Shown piece by piece: positions 1 to 12,198 of a DNA stretch of 46,888 nucleotides. Under the pieces are notes generated by a model. That model saw only the letters and a program-made list of their open reading frames with translations, did not search any database and was not told where the DNA came from. Position 1 is the first letter of the stretch. The number at the start of each line of letters is the position of its first letter. The stretch lies in contig CADAGA010000001.1 in NCBI GenBank assembly GCA_902787275.1, forward strand, positions 1-46,888, given 5' to 3'. The position numbers and the translations under genes are program-made. This stretch comes from Oscillospiraceae bacterium (GTDB lineage: Bacteria > Bacillota > Clostridia > Oscillospirales > Acutalibacteraceae).

Positions 1-191
1 ATCTTGCGCACGATCTTGCGCACGGCGGCGTCCACTTCGGCTGCGGACGCGTCCTGCACCTCCATCACCAGCTTTGTGGTCAGGAAGTTGACGCTTGCCG
101 AATCCACACCGTCGAGTGCGGCGACCTTTTTCTCGATCTTCGCGGCGCAGTTCGCACAGCAGAGATCTTCCAGCAGGTATGTCTTTTTCAT
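1..191 (-). CDS. Heavy-metal-translocating P-type ATPase, N-terminal HMA domain only (partial; gene continues past the window start)
   Basis: Absent from the ORF track because it runs off the edge. My reverse-strand translation from ATG (191-189) is MKKTYLLEDLCCANCAAKIEKKVAALDGVDSASVNFLTTKLVMEVQDASAAEVDAAVRKIVRKI. It has a CxxC (C-A-N-C) metal-binding pattern as in CadA/ZntA-type ATPases. GGAGG lies at 203-199, 7 nt upstream of the ATG. Confidence 0.7.
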   Translation of the reverse strand, partial: MKKTYLLEDLCCANCAAKIEKKVAALDGVDSASVNFLTTKLVMEVQDASAAEVDAAVRKIVRK

Positions 192-208
192 AAAAGCGCC
201 TCCATTCA

Positions 209-236
209 CAACATATGAACATATATTCATTTGTTG
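209..236. promoter_or_regulatory. Imperfect 28-bp palindrome resembling an ArsR/SmtB (CadC/CzrA-type) 12-2-12 operator
   Basis: The sequence CAACATATGAACATATATTCATTTGTTG matches its own reverse complement at 24 of 28 positions. The core is TGAACA-TA-TATTCA. It lies between the predicted -10 (247-242) and the RBS of the metal-ATPase gene. Confidence 0.45.
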
Positions 237-241
237 GTTTC

Positions 242-270
242 ATTATAATACATCGTATGCGGCTTGTCAA
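242..270 (-). promoter_or_regulatory. Sigma70-type promoter for the heavy-metal ATPase gene
   Basis: On the minus strand: -35 TTGACA (270-265), 17-nt spacer, -10 TATAAT (247-242). Both hexamers are consensus. Confidence 0.55.
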
Positions 271-288
271 GGGTCATTTCGGTTTTTC

Positions 289-317
289 TTGCATTTTTCT
301 AAAACGTATGGTAAACT
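289..317 (+). promoter_or_regulatory. Candidate sigma70-type promoter for the GT2 gene
   Basis: -35 TTGCAT (289-294), 17-nt spacer, -10 TAAACT (312-317). It sits about 22 nt upstream of the AAGGAAG RBS and the ATG at 340. Confidence 0.35.
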
Positions 318-339
318 CACAAATAAGGAAGTGTTGCAT

Positions 340-1149
340 ATGAAAGGCTTATTATCCGTCGTGCTTCCCGCGTTCAACGAGGAAGCGATGATCGAACGTG
401 CCGTGCTCTCCGTCGGCACTATTTTGCAGGACGCCGGCATCCCGCACGAGCTGATTTTCGTCGACGACGGCTCCAAAGACAAAACGTGGCCGCGGATCGA
501 AGCGGCTGCGTCCGTGGTGCCCACGGTGCGCGGCGTACATTTTTCGCGCAATTTCGGCAAGGAGGCGGCGATCCTCGCCGGCCTTTCGCAGGCGAAGGGC
601 GACTGCTGCGTGGTGATCGACTGCGATCTGCAGCATCCGCCGGAAAAGATCGTGGACATGTACGCGCTCTGGGAGCAGGGTTACGAGGTGATCGAGGGCG
701 AAAAGAGCAGCCGCGGCAAAGAGAGCGGTCTGCACGCGTTTGCAGCGCACAGCTTCTATAAGCTCATCAGCGCCGCGACGGGGATCGACATGGCGAACGC
801 CTCCGACTTCAAGCTCCTTGACCGCAAGGCCGTGGACGTGCTGGTGCGCATGCCCGAACGCGGCGCATTTTTCCGCGCGCTGTCGTCGTGGGTCGGCTTC
901 CGCACGACAACGGTCAAGTTTGACGTGCGTGAGCGCGAAGCGGGTGAGTCGAAGTGGTCCACGAAATCCCTCATCAAATACGCGCTCAACAATATTGCAT
1001 CGTTCTCCAACGTCCCGATGCAGTTCGTCACGGCGACGGGCGTGCTGAGTCTGGTCGTCTGCGGATTGTGGGGACTGATCTCGCTGATCCGTCTGATCGC
1101 CGGCGCCGACGCTCGGCGTGATCGGCTTTTATATCGGCCGCATTTATGA
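340..1149 (+). CDS. Family-2 glycosyltransferase, GtrB/CsbB/DPM1-like polyprenyl-phosphate sugar transferase; C-terminus apparently frameshifted or deleted
   Basis: ORF 4..1149 trimmed to ATG 340 ([15 protein letters not shown]...). GT-A motifs are present: [29 protein letters not shown]. The family's C-terminal [23 protein letters not shown] is encoded in another frame at 1112-1213 (see finding). Confidence 0.75.
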   Translation: MKGLLSVVLPAFNEEAMIERAVLSVGTILQDAGIPHELIFVDDGSKDKTWPRIEAAASVVPTVRGVHFSRNFGKEAAILAGLSQAKGDCCVVIDCDLQHPPEKIVDMYALWEQGYEVIEGEKSSRGKESGLHAFAAHSFYKLISAATGIDMANASDFKLLDRKAVDVLVRMPERGAFFRALSSWVGFRTTTVKFDVREREAGESKWSTKSLIKYALNNIASFSNVPMQFVTATGVLSLVVCGLWGLISLIRLIAGADARRDRLLYRPHL

Positions 1150-1202
1150 CGAGATCAAACGCCGTCCGCGGTACATCATCGCGGCGCTCTGCGGTGAAAC
1201 GG

Positions 1203-2561
1203 ATGAAACGTAACGCACGGGAGAAAAAAACGGTGCTGCAGCGCTTGGACCGTTCCGGTCTCGTGTTCCCAGTGCTTCTGATCGCCGTTTTCGGCGTGAT
1301 GCTCTGCGGGAATCTTCTGACGGACAAGCTCGCCGACGACTTTGCCTACGTGTTCAGCTTTGCGGACGGAACGCGCGTGCAGAGCGTGTCCGGTCTGCTT
1401 GCCTCCATGCGCGCACACTATCTGACGATCAACGGGCGCGTGATCGCGCATGCGTTCGTGCAGATCTTTGAGAACCTGCCGAAGATCGTGTTTGCCGCGG
1501 TCAACGCCGGGATGTTCACGCTCTCGCTCGCGCTGGGGTATACGCTCTGCTGCGGAAAGCAAAAACGCAGCAACTTTTTGCTGCTCGGCCTGTTCGCGGC
1601 GGTCTGGATCTATATGCCGGCATTCGGTCAGGTGAATTTCTGGCTGGACGGCGCGTGCAATTATTTGTGGGCGCAGGTCTTTGCGCTGCTGTTCCTTTTG
1701 CCGTACGTGCGTCTTTTTGAGGGACGATCTGTCTTTCTGGACGCGGGACACCCTGTGCAGCAGATCCTGTTCGCGCTGTACGCCGCGGCAATGGGCGCCT
1801 ATTCGGAGAATATGTCCGGCGCGGCGCTTTTCATGGCGATCCTCTTTTTACTGCTGGTACGGTTCGACCAGAAGCGGAAGGTCACGTTCCTTGCGGCGCT
1901 GCCGATCGTGACAGGGGTCGCGGGCTATGCGGCGATGATTTTCTCGCCGGGCGAGCTGCAGAATAAAAACGCAGGGTTTTCAGCGCTGCGGCTGCTGTAT
2001 CAGGCGGAAAAGGTTGCGGATCGGTTCCACGTCATCCGGGTTGTGATCGCGGCGCTGGTCATTCTGTTCTTTATCTCGGCCGCACTGCACGTGGAGCGCA
2101 GGCGTTTGCTGCTCGCAGGCGTGCTGACCTGCGGCGGCGTCGGCGCCGGTCTGATTTTCGCGCTGGCGCGCTTTTATCCGTACCGCAGCCTGGCGGCAAC
2201 GATGCTGCTTCTGACGCTTGCGTGCGGCGTGCTGCTGCGTTCGCTGCTCGAAGCGCAGAAGGCGAAACGCGCGGCGCTGTGCCTTCTGACGCTGCTGACG
2301 CTTTCGCTGTGCTACTGGTGTCCGCACGGGATGAAGGACGTGTATCTCACGCACACGGCGGTCGCGGAAAACCGGGAGCTGCTTTTGCAGCAGAAGGACA
2401 GCGGCGAGACGCAGATCCGGCTGCCGATCCCCGAGCCGCAGACCAAATACAGTGCTCTGGACGGGCTCATTTATCTTTCGACGTCCGAAACCGATTACTG
2501 GTCGAATCTTTACATGGCGAAGTATTACGGCGTGGAGTCGATCCTCGCAGAAACGGAATAA
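1203..2561 (+). CDS. Polytopic integral membrane protein, probable GT-C-like or DUF6056-like glycosyltransferase partner of the upstream GT2
   Basis: ORF 1146..2561. I prefer ATG 1203 ([15 protein letters not shown]...) because it overlaps the out-of-frame TAA (1211-1213) of the GT2 tail. The protein has many hydrophobic segments and ends ...[18 protein letters not shown]. The family assignment is from memory of GtrB-adjacent membrane proteins and is not verified. Confidence 0.55.
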   Translation: MKRNAREKKTVLQRLDRSGLVFPVLLIAVFGVMLCGNLLTDKLADDFAYVFSFADGTRVQSVSGLLASMRAHYLTINGRVIAHAFVQIFENLPKIVFAAVNAGMFTLSLALGYTLCCGKQKRSNFLLLGLFAAVWIYMPAFGQVNFWLDGACNYLWAQVFALLFLLPYVRLFEGRSVFLDAGHPVQQILFALYAAAMGAYSENMSGAALFMAILFLLLVRFDQKRKVTFLAALPIVTGVAGYAAMIFSPGELQNKNAGFSALRLLYQAEKVADRFHVIRVVIAALVILFFISAALHVERRRLLLAGVLTCGGVGAGLIFALARFYPYRSLAATMLLLTLACGVLLRSLLEAQKAKRAALCLLTLLTLSLCYWCPHGMKDVYLTHTAVAENRELLLQQKDSGETQIRLPIPEPQTKYSALDGLIYLSTSETDYWSNLYMAKYYGVESILAETE

Positions 2562-2570
2562 ACAGAAACC

Positions 2571-2618
2571 AAAACGGCGCAGGTACGAGCAATTCGTATC
2601 TGCGCCGTTTGACTTTTG
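2571..2618. terminator. Bidirectional rho-independent terminator between convergent genes
   Basis: An 11-bp stem AAACGGCGCAG (2572-2582) pairs with CTGCGCCGTTT (2600-2610). It is preceded by an A-run and followed by GACTTTTG. It sits between the stop at 2561 (+) and the stop at 2632 (-). Confidence 0.7.
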
Positions 2619-2631
2619 ATCACAGAGCGGT

Positions 2632-2928
2632 TTACAGAGGGCTTCCGCAGTATGTGCAGAATTTTCCACCCTCTGCCGCAGCGCCGCAGTTCGGGCAGAA
2701 CTTCGGCGTTTCCTTTTCTTTCGGCGGGAATGCTGCCGCGACTCTTGCGGCGTCGTCGATCAGCTTCTGCATGGAAGCCTGATCCGCTTCGATCAGCTGA
2801 TCCGTCTGTGTCAGCGCACGCGCACGCTCCTCCGGCGTCATCCGATCCAGAAGCGCCTGCGCATCTCTCTTGGCCTTTTCCAGCATTTTTTCAAGCTCTT
2901 CCGGGCTCAGATCCATGTTGTTTGCCAT
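2632..2928 (-). CDS. Small zinc-ribbon protein (98 aa), function unknown
   Basis: ORF 2632..2976 trimmed to the ATG at 2928, preceded by GGAGGAAATCAT. The sequence starts MANNMDLSPEELEKMLEKAKRD..., a helical N-terminus. The C-terminus has CPNCG...CTYCG, a four-Cys zinc ribbon. Confidence 0.6.
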   Translation of the reverse strand: MANNMDLSPEELEKMLEKAKRDAQALLDRMTPEERARALTQTDQLIEADQASMQKLIDDAARVAAAFPPKEKETPKFCPNCGAAAEGGKFCTYCGSPL

Positions 2929-2984
2929 ATGATTTCCTCCAATCTGAATCGGGATTTGTCGGGCGCACCCCAACAAAATCCGCC

Positions 2985-4082
2985 TTATTCCGTAAGATAT
3001 TTTCGCAGCCGTTCGTCCGGTTTATTAAGAAGCGACGCGCGCTCGAGCGGGCGGAAGAGAAGCTGCCGCAGCTGTTCGATCCCGAGACAGCAGGCGAAAA
3101 CCGCCAGACATACGGCGGGCAGCAGCCAGACGATCCGCGCACTGTTCGCGAAGTCGGACAGGCGCAGCGTCGACCAGAGCCACTTGCGGACCGATTCGTG
3201 GTCGTGGATGAGATACACGCCGAAGGTCAGCGAAGCCAGGCGCGCCGCGATCCGGCTAATGCGCGCGCCGTTGATCGTGAACGACCGGAACAGAAGGAAC
3301 AGCGCGACGGACGAAGCCAGAACGGGTACGGAGTTGTTGGCGTAAAACAGCGTGGGCAGATGCTCCGCGGCGTCGCCGAACGCAGTTTCCAATGCGCCGC
3401 CCTGCAGAAAGCGCAGGTACAGAAAATGCTCCGCGACGCACGCCAGAGAGCCGAGCAGATAGACGATGAGATACAGCGCCCGGCGCGGCAGCGCTGGGTA
3501 CAGCCGCAGGTACGCCGCGATGCAGTAAAGCGTCACGAACCAGAAGACGCTGCGGCCGTTTCCGAACGGAAGAAGATCCGAAAACGCGAGCAGATTCGGC
3601 CACACGCAGAACAGCCCGACAAGGACCGCCAGCAGCAGCCGGAACGATTTTTGCGACAGGCTCACAAGCAGCCGGTTCAGGAACGGAGACAGCAGCAGAA
3701 GCGAAACGTACGCGGTAAAGAACCAGTATTTCCGCGTCAGCGTCGGCAGCAGGAACTTGACGGCTTTCGGCACGGAAAGGACGTCCGCGCCGAACAGTAC
3801 GGCAACGAGGTACAAAACGACCGAATAAAAGAAAACCTCCGTCCACAGGCGCAGCGCCCGGCGCAGCCGGAATTCCGTGCGCACCAGAAAATATCCGCTG
3901 AGCAGGACGTAACAGTTCACGCTGACGTACGAAAGCGCTTCCGCCGTTTGGCAGAACGCCGCGGGAAACGGCGCGGTCGCGGCGGACAGAACGCCGCCGT
4001 GCGCGCACGCGTGCAGCACGACGATCATCAGCATGGAGACCACGCGCAGCAGATCCAGTCCCGTGTGTCGTTGCGTATCCAT
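2985..4082 (-). CDS. Acyltransferase family 3 (membrane O-acyltransferase)
   Basis: ORF 2985..4157 trimmed to the ATG at 4082 (AAAGGAG RBS). The N-terminus MDTQRHTGLDLLRVVSMLMIVVLHACAHGG is typical of acyltransferase_3. The protein has about 10 hydrophobic segments. Confidence 0.75.
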   Translation of the reverse strand: MDTQRHTGLDLLRVVSMLMIVVLHACAHGGVLSAATAPFPAAFCQTAEALSYVSVNCYVLLSGYFLVRTEFRLRRALRLWTEVFFYSVVLYLVAVLFGADVLSVPKAVKFLLPTLTRKYWFFTAYVSLLLLSPFLNRLLVSLSQKSFRLLLAVLVGLFCVWPNLLAFSDLLPFGNGRSVFWFVTLYCIAAYLRLYPALPRRALYLIVYLLGSLACVAEHFLYLRFLQGGALETAFGDAAEHLPTLFYANNSVPVLASSVALFLLFRSFTINGARISRIAARLASLTFGVYLIHDHESVRKWLWSTLRLSDFANSARIVWLLPAVCLAVFACCLGIEQLRQLLFRPLERASLLNKPDERLRKYLTE

Positions 4083-4213
4083 GGCGGCTCCTTTCGCTTC
4101 ATATTCTTTTTTCACTATACCAAATCCAGCGCAAAAATACAAGAGTATCTCCGACACACGTTTGTTTTTTGCCCGATCTGCTTTTTGAAAACGGGATTTT
4201 TTCCGAAAAACCG

Positions 4214-4242
4214 TTGAGTTTTTCGAAAAAATAGAATATAAT
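4214..4242 (+). promoter_or_regulatory. Candidate sigma70-type promoter for murC
   Basis: -35 TTGAGT (4214-4219), 17-nt spacer, -10 TATAAT (4237-4242). Confidence 0.45.
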
Positions 4243-4295
4243 AGATAGGATAATGCGGTATAGTCTGCATTTTAATAAATAAGAAGGTGATCTAT

Positions 4296-8653
<4,358 letters not shown>

Positions 8654-8667
8654 AGGGGGAACAGACA

Positions 8668-10401
8668 ATGGCAGAGATCACTATGACGCGTTTTGAACAC
8701 GAACAGCAGGATTCGATCCGCATTCCGCGCGCATCGTGCCCCGAGGAGGTCGGTATACCGAGCGAAGCGGTGAAGCAGTTCGTGCTCTCGCTTGAAGAGG
8801 CGGGCTTCCGCTACCATTCTATCTATATCATGCGCGCCGGAAAGGTTGCAGCAGAATGCCACCGCTATCCGTTTTCGGCAGACATGCCGCACATCCTCTA
8901 CTCCATCAGCAAGAGCGTGACGTCCTGCGCGGTGGGGCTTGCGATTGAAGAAGGCTATCTGTCACTCGACACCTCCGTCGCGGACGTGTTCCCCGAATAC
9001 GTGCCGATGAACGACGCCGAGGCGTTCGCCGAGATCAAGGTGCGCAATCTGCTGAACATGACGAGCGGCAAGTTCCCCAGCTACATGGCCAACAAGACCA
9101 AGAGCGACTGGATCCGGCAGTTTGCGGACGCCAAGTGGTACGCAAAACCCGGCGAACAGTTCAAATACATCAACGAGAATCCCTATATGCTCTGCGCGAT
9201 GCTGCGCAGGGTCACGGGCATGACGGTGACGGAATACCTCACCCCGCGTCTGTGGGAGCCGCTGGGCGTGAAAACGCCCTATTGGGAGACGGACCCGACC
9301 GGTACGGAGTCCGGCGGCTGGGGACTGTTCTTGACGCCGGAGAGCTTCGCGAAGTTCACACTGATGATCCACCAGCACGGACAGTTCGGCGGCAGGCAGA
9401 TCATTCCCCGGGCGTATCTGGACGAAGCGACGACCGCCCAGATCCCGACCGGCGAGGACGGCGATCATGCACGCGGCGGCTACGGCTACTGCTTCTGGGT
9501 CAAGAACGAAAATGAATTCCTCGGCTGCGGCGTGTTCGGCCAGATCGGCTACAGCATCAAGGATAAAGATCTGGCGATCGTGACCGTCTCGGGCGATGGA
9601 CACACCCAGCACGTTTACAGCGCGATCGACGCGCTCGCTTCCCAGGTCGACGCACCGTCGCTGCCGTTGACCGATCCGACGGAGCTGAACGCATTTCTGA
9701 CCTCCCGTGCGATCGACGTGCTGCCCGAGGTGACGCTGCGCAGTGCGCTGGAGGAATCCATACAGGACAAGATCCTTTGGTTCTCCAAGACGCTGCCTGC
9801 CAACCTCGTCGGGTTCCCGCCGTCGGTGCTGCCGGTCGTGGCGGTCTATATGACCAAGGACCGAGCGGGCAACATGGACCGCTTCCAGTTCCGCTTCTGC
9901 GGCGACTACGCGCTGTTCCAGTGGCGCGAGGGCGATGAGACGTGCTGCGTGCGTCTGGGCATGGACGGTCGGTACCGCATTTCGCGCATCACGCTTGCGG
10001 GCACGGGCTACACGATCTACGGCGCCGCGTTCTGGAAGGATGAGGATACGCTCGAGGTGTGGCTGCGCCCGGTGGAATCCATCGGCATCCGCTATCTGAC
10101 GTTCTCCTTCCACGGCAAGAAGGTCACGCTTTCCACGCGTTCCGAGCCTTCGCTTGCCGAGGTGCTCGAGGACGTGCGCTTCACGGTGGACGAGACGTTC
10201 CATACGCGTCTGGGCAAGAATATCGGCGGCAAGCTGTTCGATTCGCTGACCCGCGTCGTCGAGCCGACGCTGCACGGCGAGATCCTCGAAAAGGGCGCAT
10301 ACCAAAAGAAAAAGGCCGAAGAGGAGACGCAGGCGGAAGTCGAAAAGGAAATGGAAGAGATCGAGCTTCCGGACGACGAAACGCAGAGCGAGAGGGAATA
10401 A
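8668..10401 (+). CDS. Serine hydrolase of the beta-lactamase/DD-peptidase (class C-like) family with a C-terminal extension
   Basis: SxxK motif in YSISKSVTS and a YxN-like YIN motif. There is a C-terminal domain of about 230 aa, then a highly acidic tail (EEETQAEVEKEMEEIELPDDETQSERE). Confidence 0.75.
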   Translation: MAEITMTRFEHEQQDSIRIPRASCPEEVGIPSEAVKQFVLSLEEAGFRYHSIYIMRAGKVAAECHRYPFSADMPHILYSISKSVTSCAVGLAIEEGYLSLDTSVADVFPEYVPMNDAEAFAEIKVRNLLNMTSGKFPSYMANKTKSDWIRQFADAKWYAKPGEQFKYINENPYMLCAMLRRVTGMTVTEYLTPRLWEPLGVKTPYWETDPTGTESGGWGLFLTPESFAKFTLMIHQHGQFGGRQIIPRAYLDEATTAQIPTGEDGDHARGGYGYCFWVKNENEFLGCGVFGQIGYSIKDKDLAIVTVSGDGHTQHVYSAIDALASQVDAPSLPLTDPTELNAFLTSRAIDVLPEVTLRSALEESIQDKILWFSKTLPANLVGFPPSVLPVVAVYMTKDRAGNMDRFQFRFCGDYALFQWREGDETCCVRLGMDGRYRISRITLAGTGYTIYGAAFWKDEDTLEVWLRPVESIGIRYLTFSFHGKKVTLSTRSEPSLAEVLEDVRFTVDETFHTRLGKNIGGKLFDSLTRVVEPTLHGEILEKGAYQKKKAEEETQAEVEKEMEEIELPDDETQSERE

Positions 10402-10404
10402 ACC

Positions 10405-11799
10405 ATGCGTACAGACGTTGTGATCGTCGGAGCGGGACCCTCCGGCATCTTTACTGCGCTGGAAATGCTGCGGCGCGGCAGCCGCAAAAAGATCACGATC
10501 GTGGAAAAGGGCAGACCGGTCGAAAACCGCCGCTGTCCCAAGGCGCAGACCGGCGTGTGCATGAACTGCAAGCCGTACTGCCACATCACGACCGGCTTTT
10601 CCGGCGCGGGCGCGTTTTCCGACGGCAAGCTGTCGCTGTCCTATGAAGTGGGCGGCGATCTGCCGACGCTCGTCGGCGAAACGCTCGTACAGGACACGAT
10701 CGACTATACCGACCGCATTTATCTCGAATTCGGCGCTGACACGCACGTCGAGGGCCTCGGCAATACCGAAAAGGTCAAGGAGATCCGCAAGCGCGCCATC
10801 CGCGCGGGGCTCAAACTCGTGGACTGTCCCATCCGCCATCTCGGCACCGAAAAGGCGCAGGACATCTACTATTCCATCGAGCAGGAGCTTGCCCGCCGGG
10901 GCGTGGAGATGCTGTTCGGCTATGAGTGCACGACGCTGCTGCTGCAAGACGGCACGTGCCGCGGCGTGTGCGTGACGGACGGCAAAACGGAAATGCAGAT
11001 CGAGGCCGCAACGACCGTCGTGGCGACGGGCAGACGCGGTGCGGACTGGCTCGAGCGCATCTGCCAGGAAAACGACATCGCGCATCAGCCCGGCACGGTA
11101 GACATCGGCGTGCGCGTGGAAGTGCGCAATGAGGTGATGGAAACGGTCAACGAGACGCTGTACGAGTCCAAGCTCGTCGGCTATCCGAAACCGTTCAAGA
11201 ATAAAGTGCGGACGTTCTGCCAGAACCCAGGCGGCTTCGTCAGCCAGGAGAATTACGACAACGATTTGGCGGTCGTCAACGGCCATTCCTACAAGGAGCG
11301 CAAGAGCGACAACACGAACCTATCGATCCTCTGCTCGCACAACTTCAACCAGCCGTTCAACCAGCCGATCGCCTATGCGCAGAAGGTCGGGGAGCTGACG
11401 AATATGCTCGGCGCGGGGCATATCCTCGTGCAGCGCTACGGCGACATCCTCGACGGCAAGCGCACGTGGCAGAAGGAGCTTTCGCGCTCGAACCTGCGGC
11501 CGACGCTGCCGGACGCTGTGGCGGGCGACATCACCGCCGCCATGCCGTACCGCGCAATGGTCAACATCCTCGGATTCATCCAGGCGGTCGATCAGGTGGT
11601 TCCGGGCTTCGCGTCGACGGAGACGCTTCTGTACTCTCCGGAGCTGAAATTCTACAGCAACCGTGTGAAGATGGATGAAACGCTGTCCACGAGCATCGCG
11701 GGGCTGCACTGCCTCGGCGATTCCAGCGGCTGGACGCGCGGCCTTATGATGGCGTCCGTGATGGGCGTTCTGATGGGCAGGCGGCTCGCAGAGGAATAA
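10405..11799 (+). CDS. FAD-dependent protein (COG2509-type NAD(P)/FAD-dependent oxidoreductase)
   Basis: The N-terminus has the dinucleotide-binding motif DVVIVGAGPSGIFTALE. The length and the C-terminal ...LHCLGDSSGWTRGLM pattern fit the uncharacterised FAD-dependent dehydrogenase family. Confidence 0.7.
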   Translation: MRTDVVIVGAGPSGIFTALEMLRRGSRKKITIVEKGRPVENRRCPKAQTGVCMNCKPYCHITTGFSGAGAFSDGKLSLSYEVGGDLPTLVGETLVQDTIDYTDRIYLEFGADTHVEGLGNTEKVKEIRKRAIRAGLKLVDCPIRHLGTEKAQDIYYSIEQELARRGVEMLFGYECTTLLLQDGTCRGVCVTDGKTEMQIEAATTVVATGRRGADWLERICQENDIAHQPGTVDIGVRVEVRNEVMETVNETLYESKLVGYPKPFKNKVRTFCQNPGGFVSQENYDNDLAVVNGHSYKERKSDNTNLSILCSHNFNQPFNQPIAYAQKVGELTNMLGAGHILVQRYGDILDGKRTWQKELSRSNLRPTLPDAVAGDITAAMPYRAMVNILGFIQAVDQVVPGFASTETLLYSPELKFYSNRVKMDETLSTSIAGLHCLGDSSGWTRGLMMASVMGVLMGRRLAEE

Positions 11800-11850
11800 A
11801 GATTTCATACCTTGCAACCCTTTTGAAACGGGGAAAGGAGTACTCAAGAC

Positions 11851-12198
11851 ATGGAAAAAACGAAAGTGAGGCTGCACATCTGCGGCACGGACTACACGAT
11901 CTCCTCCGCGGAGGACGACGCGGACTATATGCGCACGATCGGCGTGGAGCTGGACGAAAAGATGCACGAGCTGCAGGAAGAGAATCCGCGTCTGTCGATC
12001 ACGCAGTGCGCGGTGCTGTGCGCGCTGGACTATCTGGACGCGTTCAAAAAGGCGGAATCCGGCGCGGAGAACCTGCGCTCGCAGATCCAGGATTATCTGG
12101 AGGACGCCGCCAGAGCGCGCACCGATTCCGAGATCACGAAGCGTGAGCTCGACCGCGTGGCAAAGGAGCTTGCCGCGCTGCGCGCCAAGCAGGGATGA
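11851..12198 (+). CDS. zapA: Cell division protein ZapA
   Basis: The 115-aa sequence KVRLHICGTDYTISSAEDDADYMRTIGVELDEKMHEL...LSITQCAVLCALDYLDAFKKAE, followed by a C-terminal coiled-coil, has the ZapA pattern. Confidence 0.85.
   Translation: MEKTKVRLHICGTDYTISSAEDDADYMRTIGVELDEKMHELQEENPRLSITQCAVLCALDYLDAFKKAESGAENLRSQIQDYLEDAARARTDSEITKRELDRVAKELAALRAKQG

Noticed and set aside
2616-4217. A 533-aa plus-strand ORF spanning the zinc-ribbon and acyltransferase loci.
   Set aside because: The composition is Arg/Gln/Pro-rich nonsense (…RRQQELDGFRHGKDVRAEQYGNEVQ…). The minus strand encodes a convincing acyltransferase-3 membrane protein and a zinc-ribbon protein, both with good RBSs.
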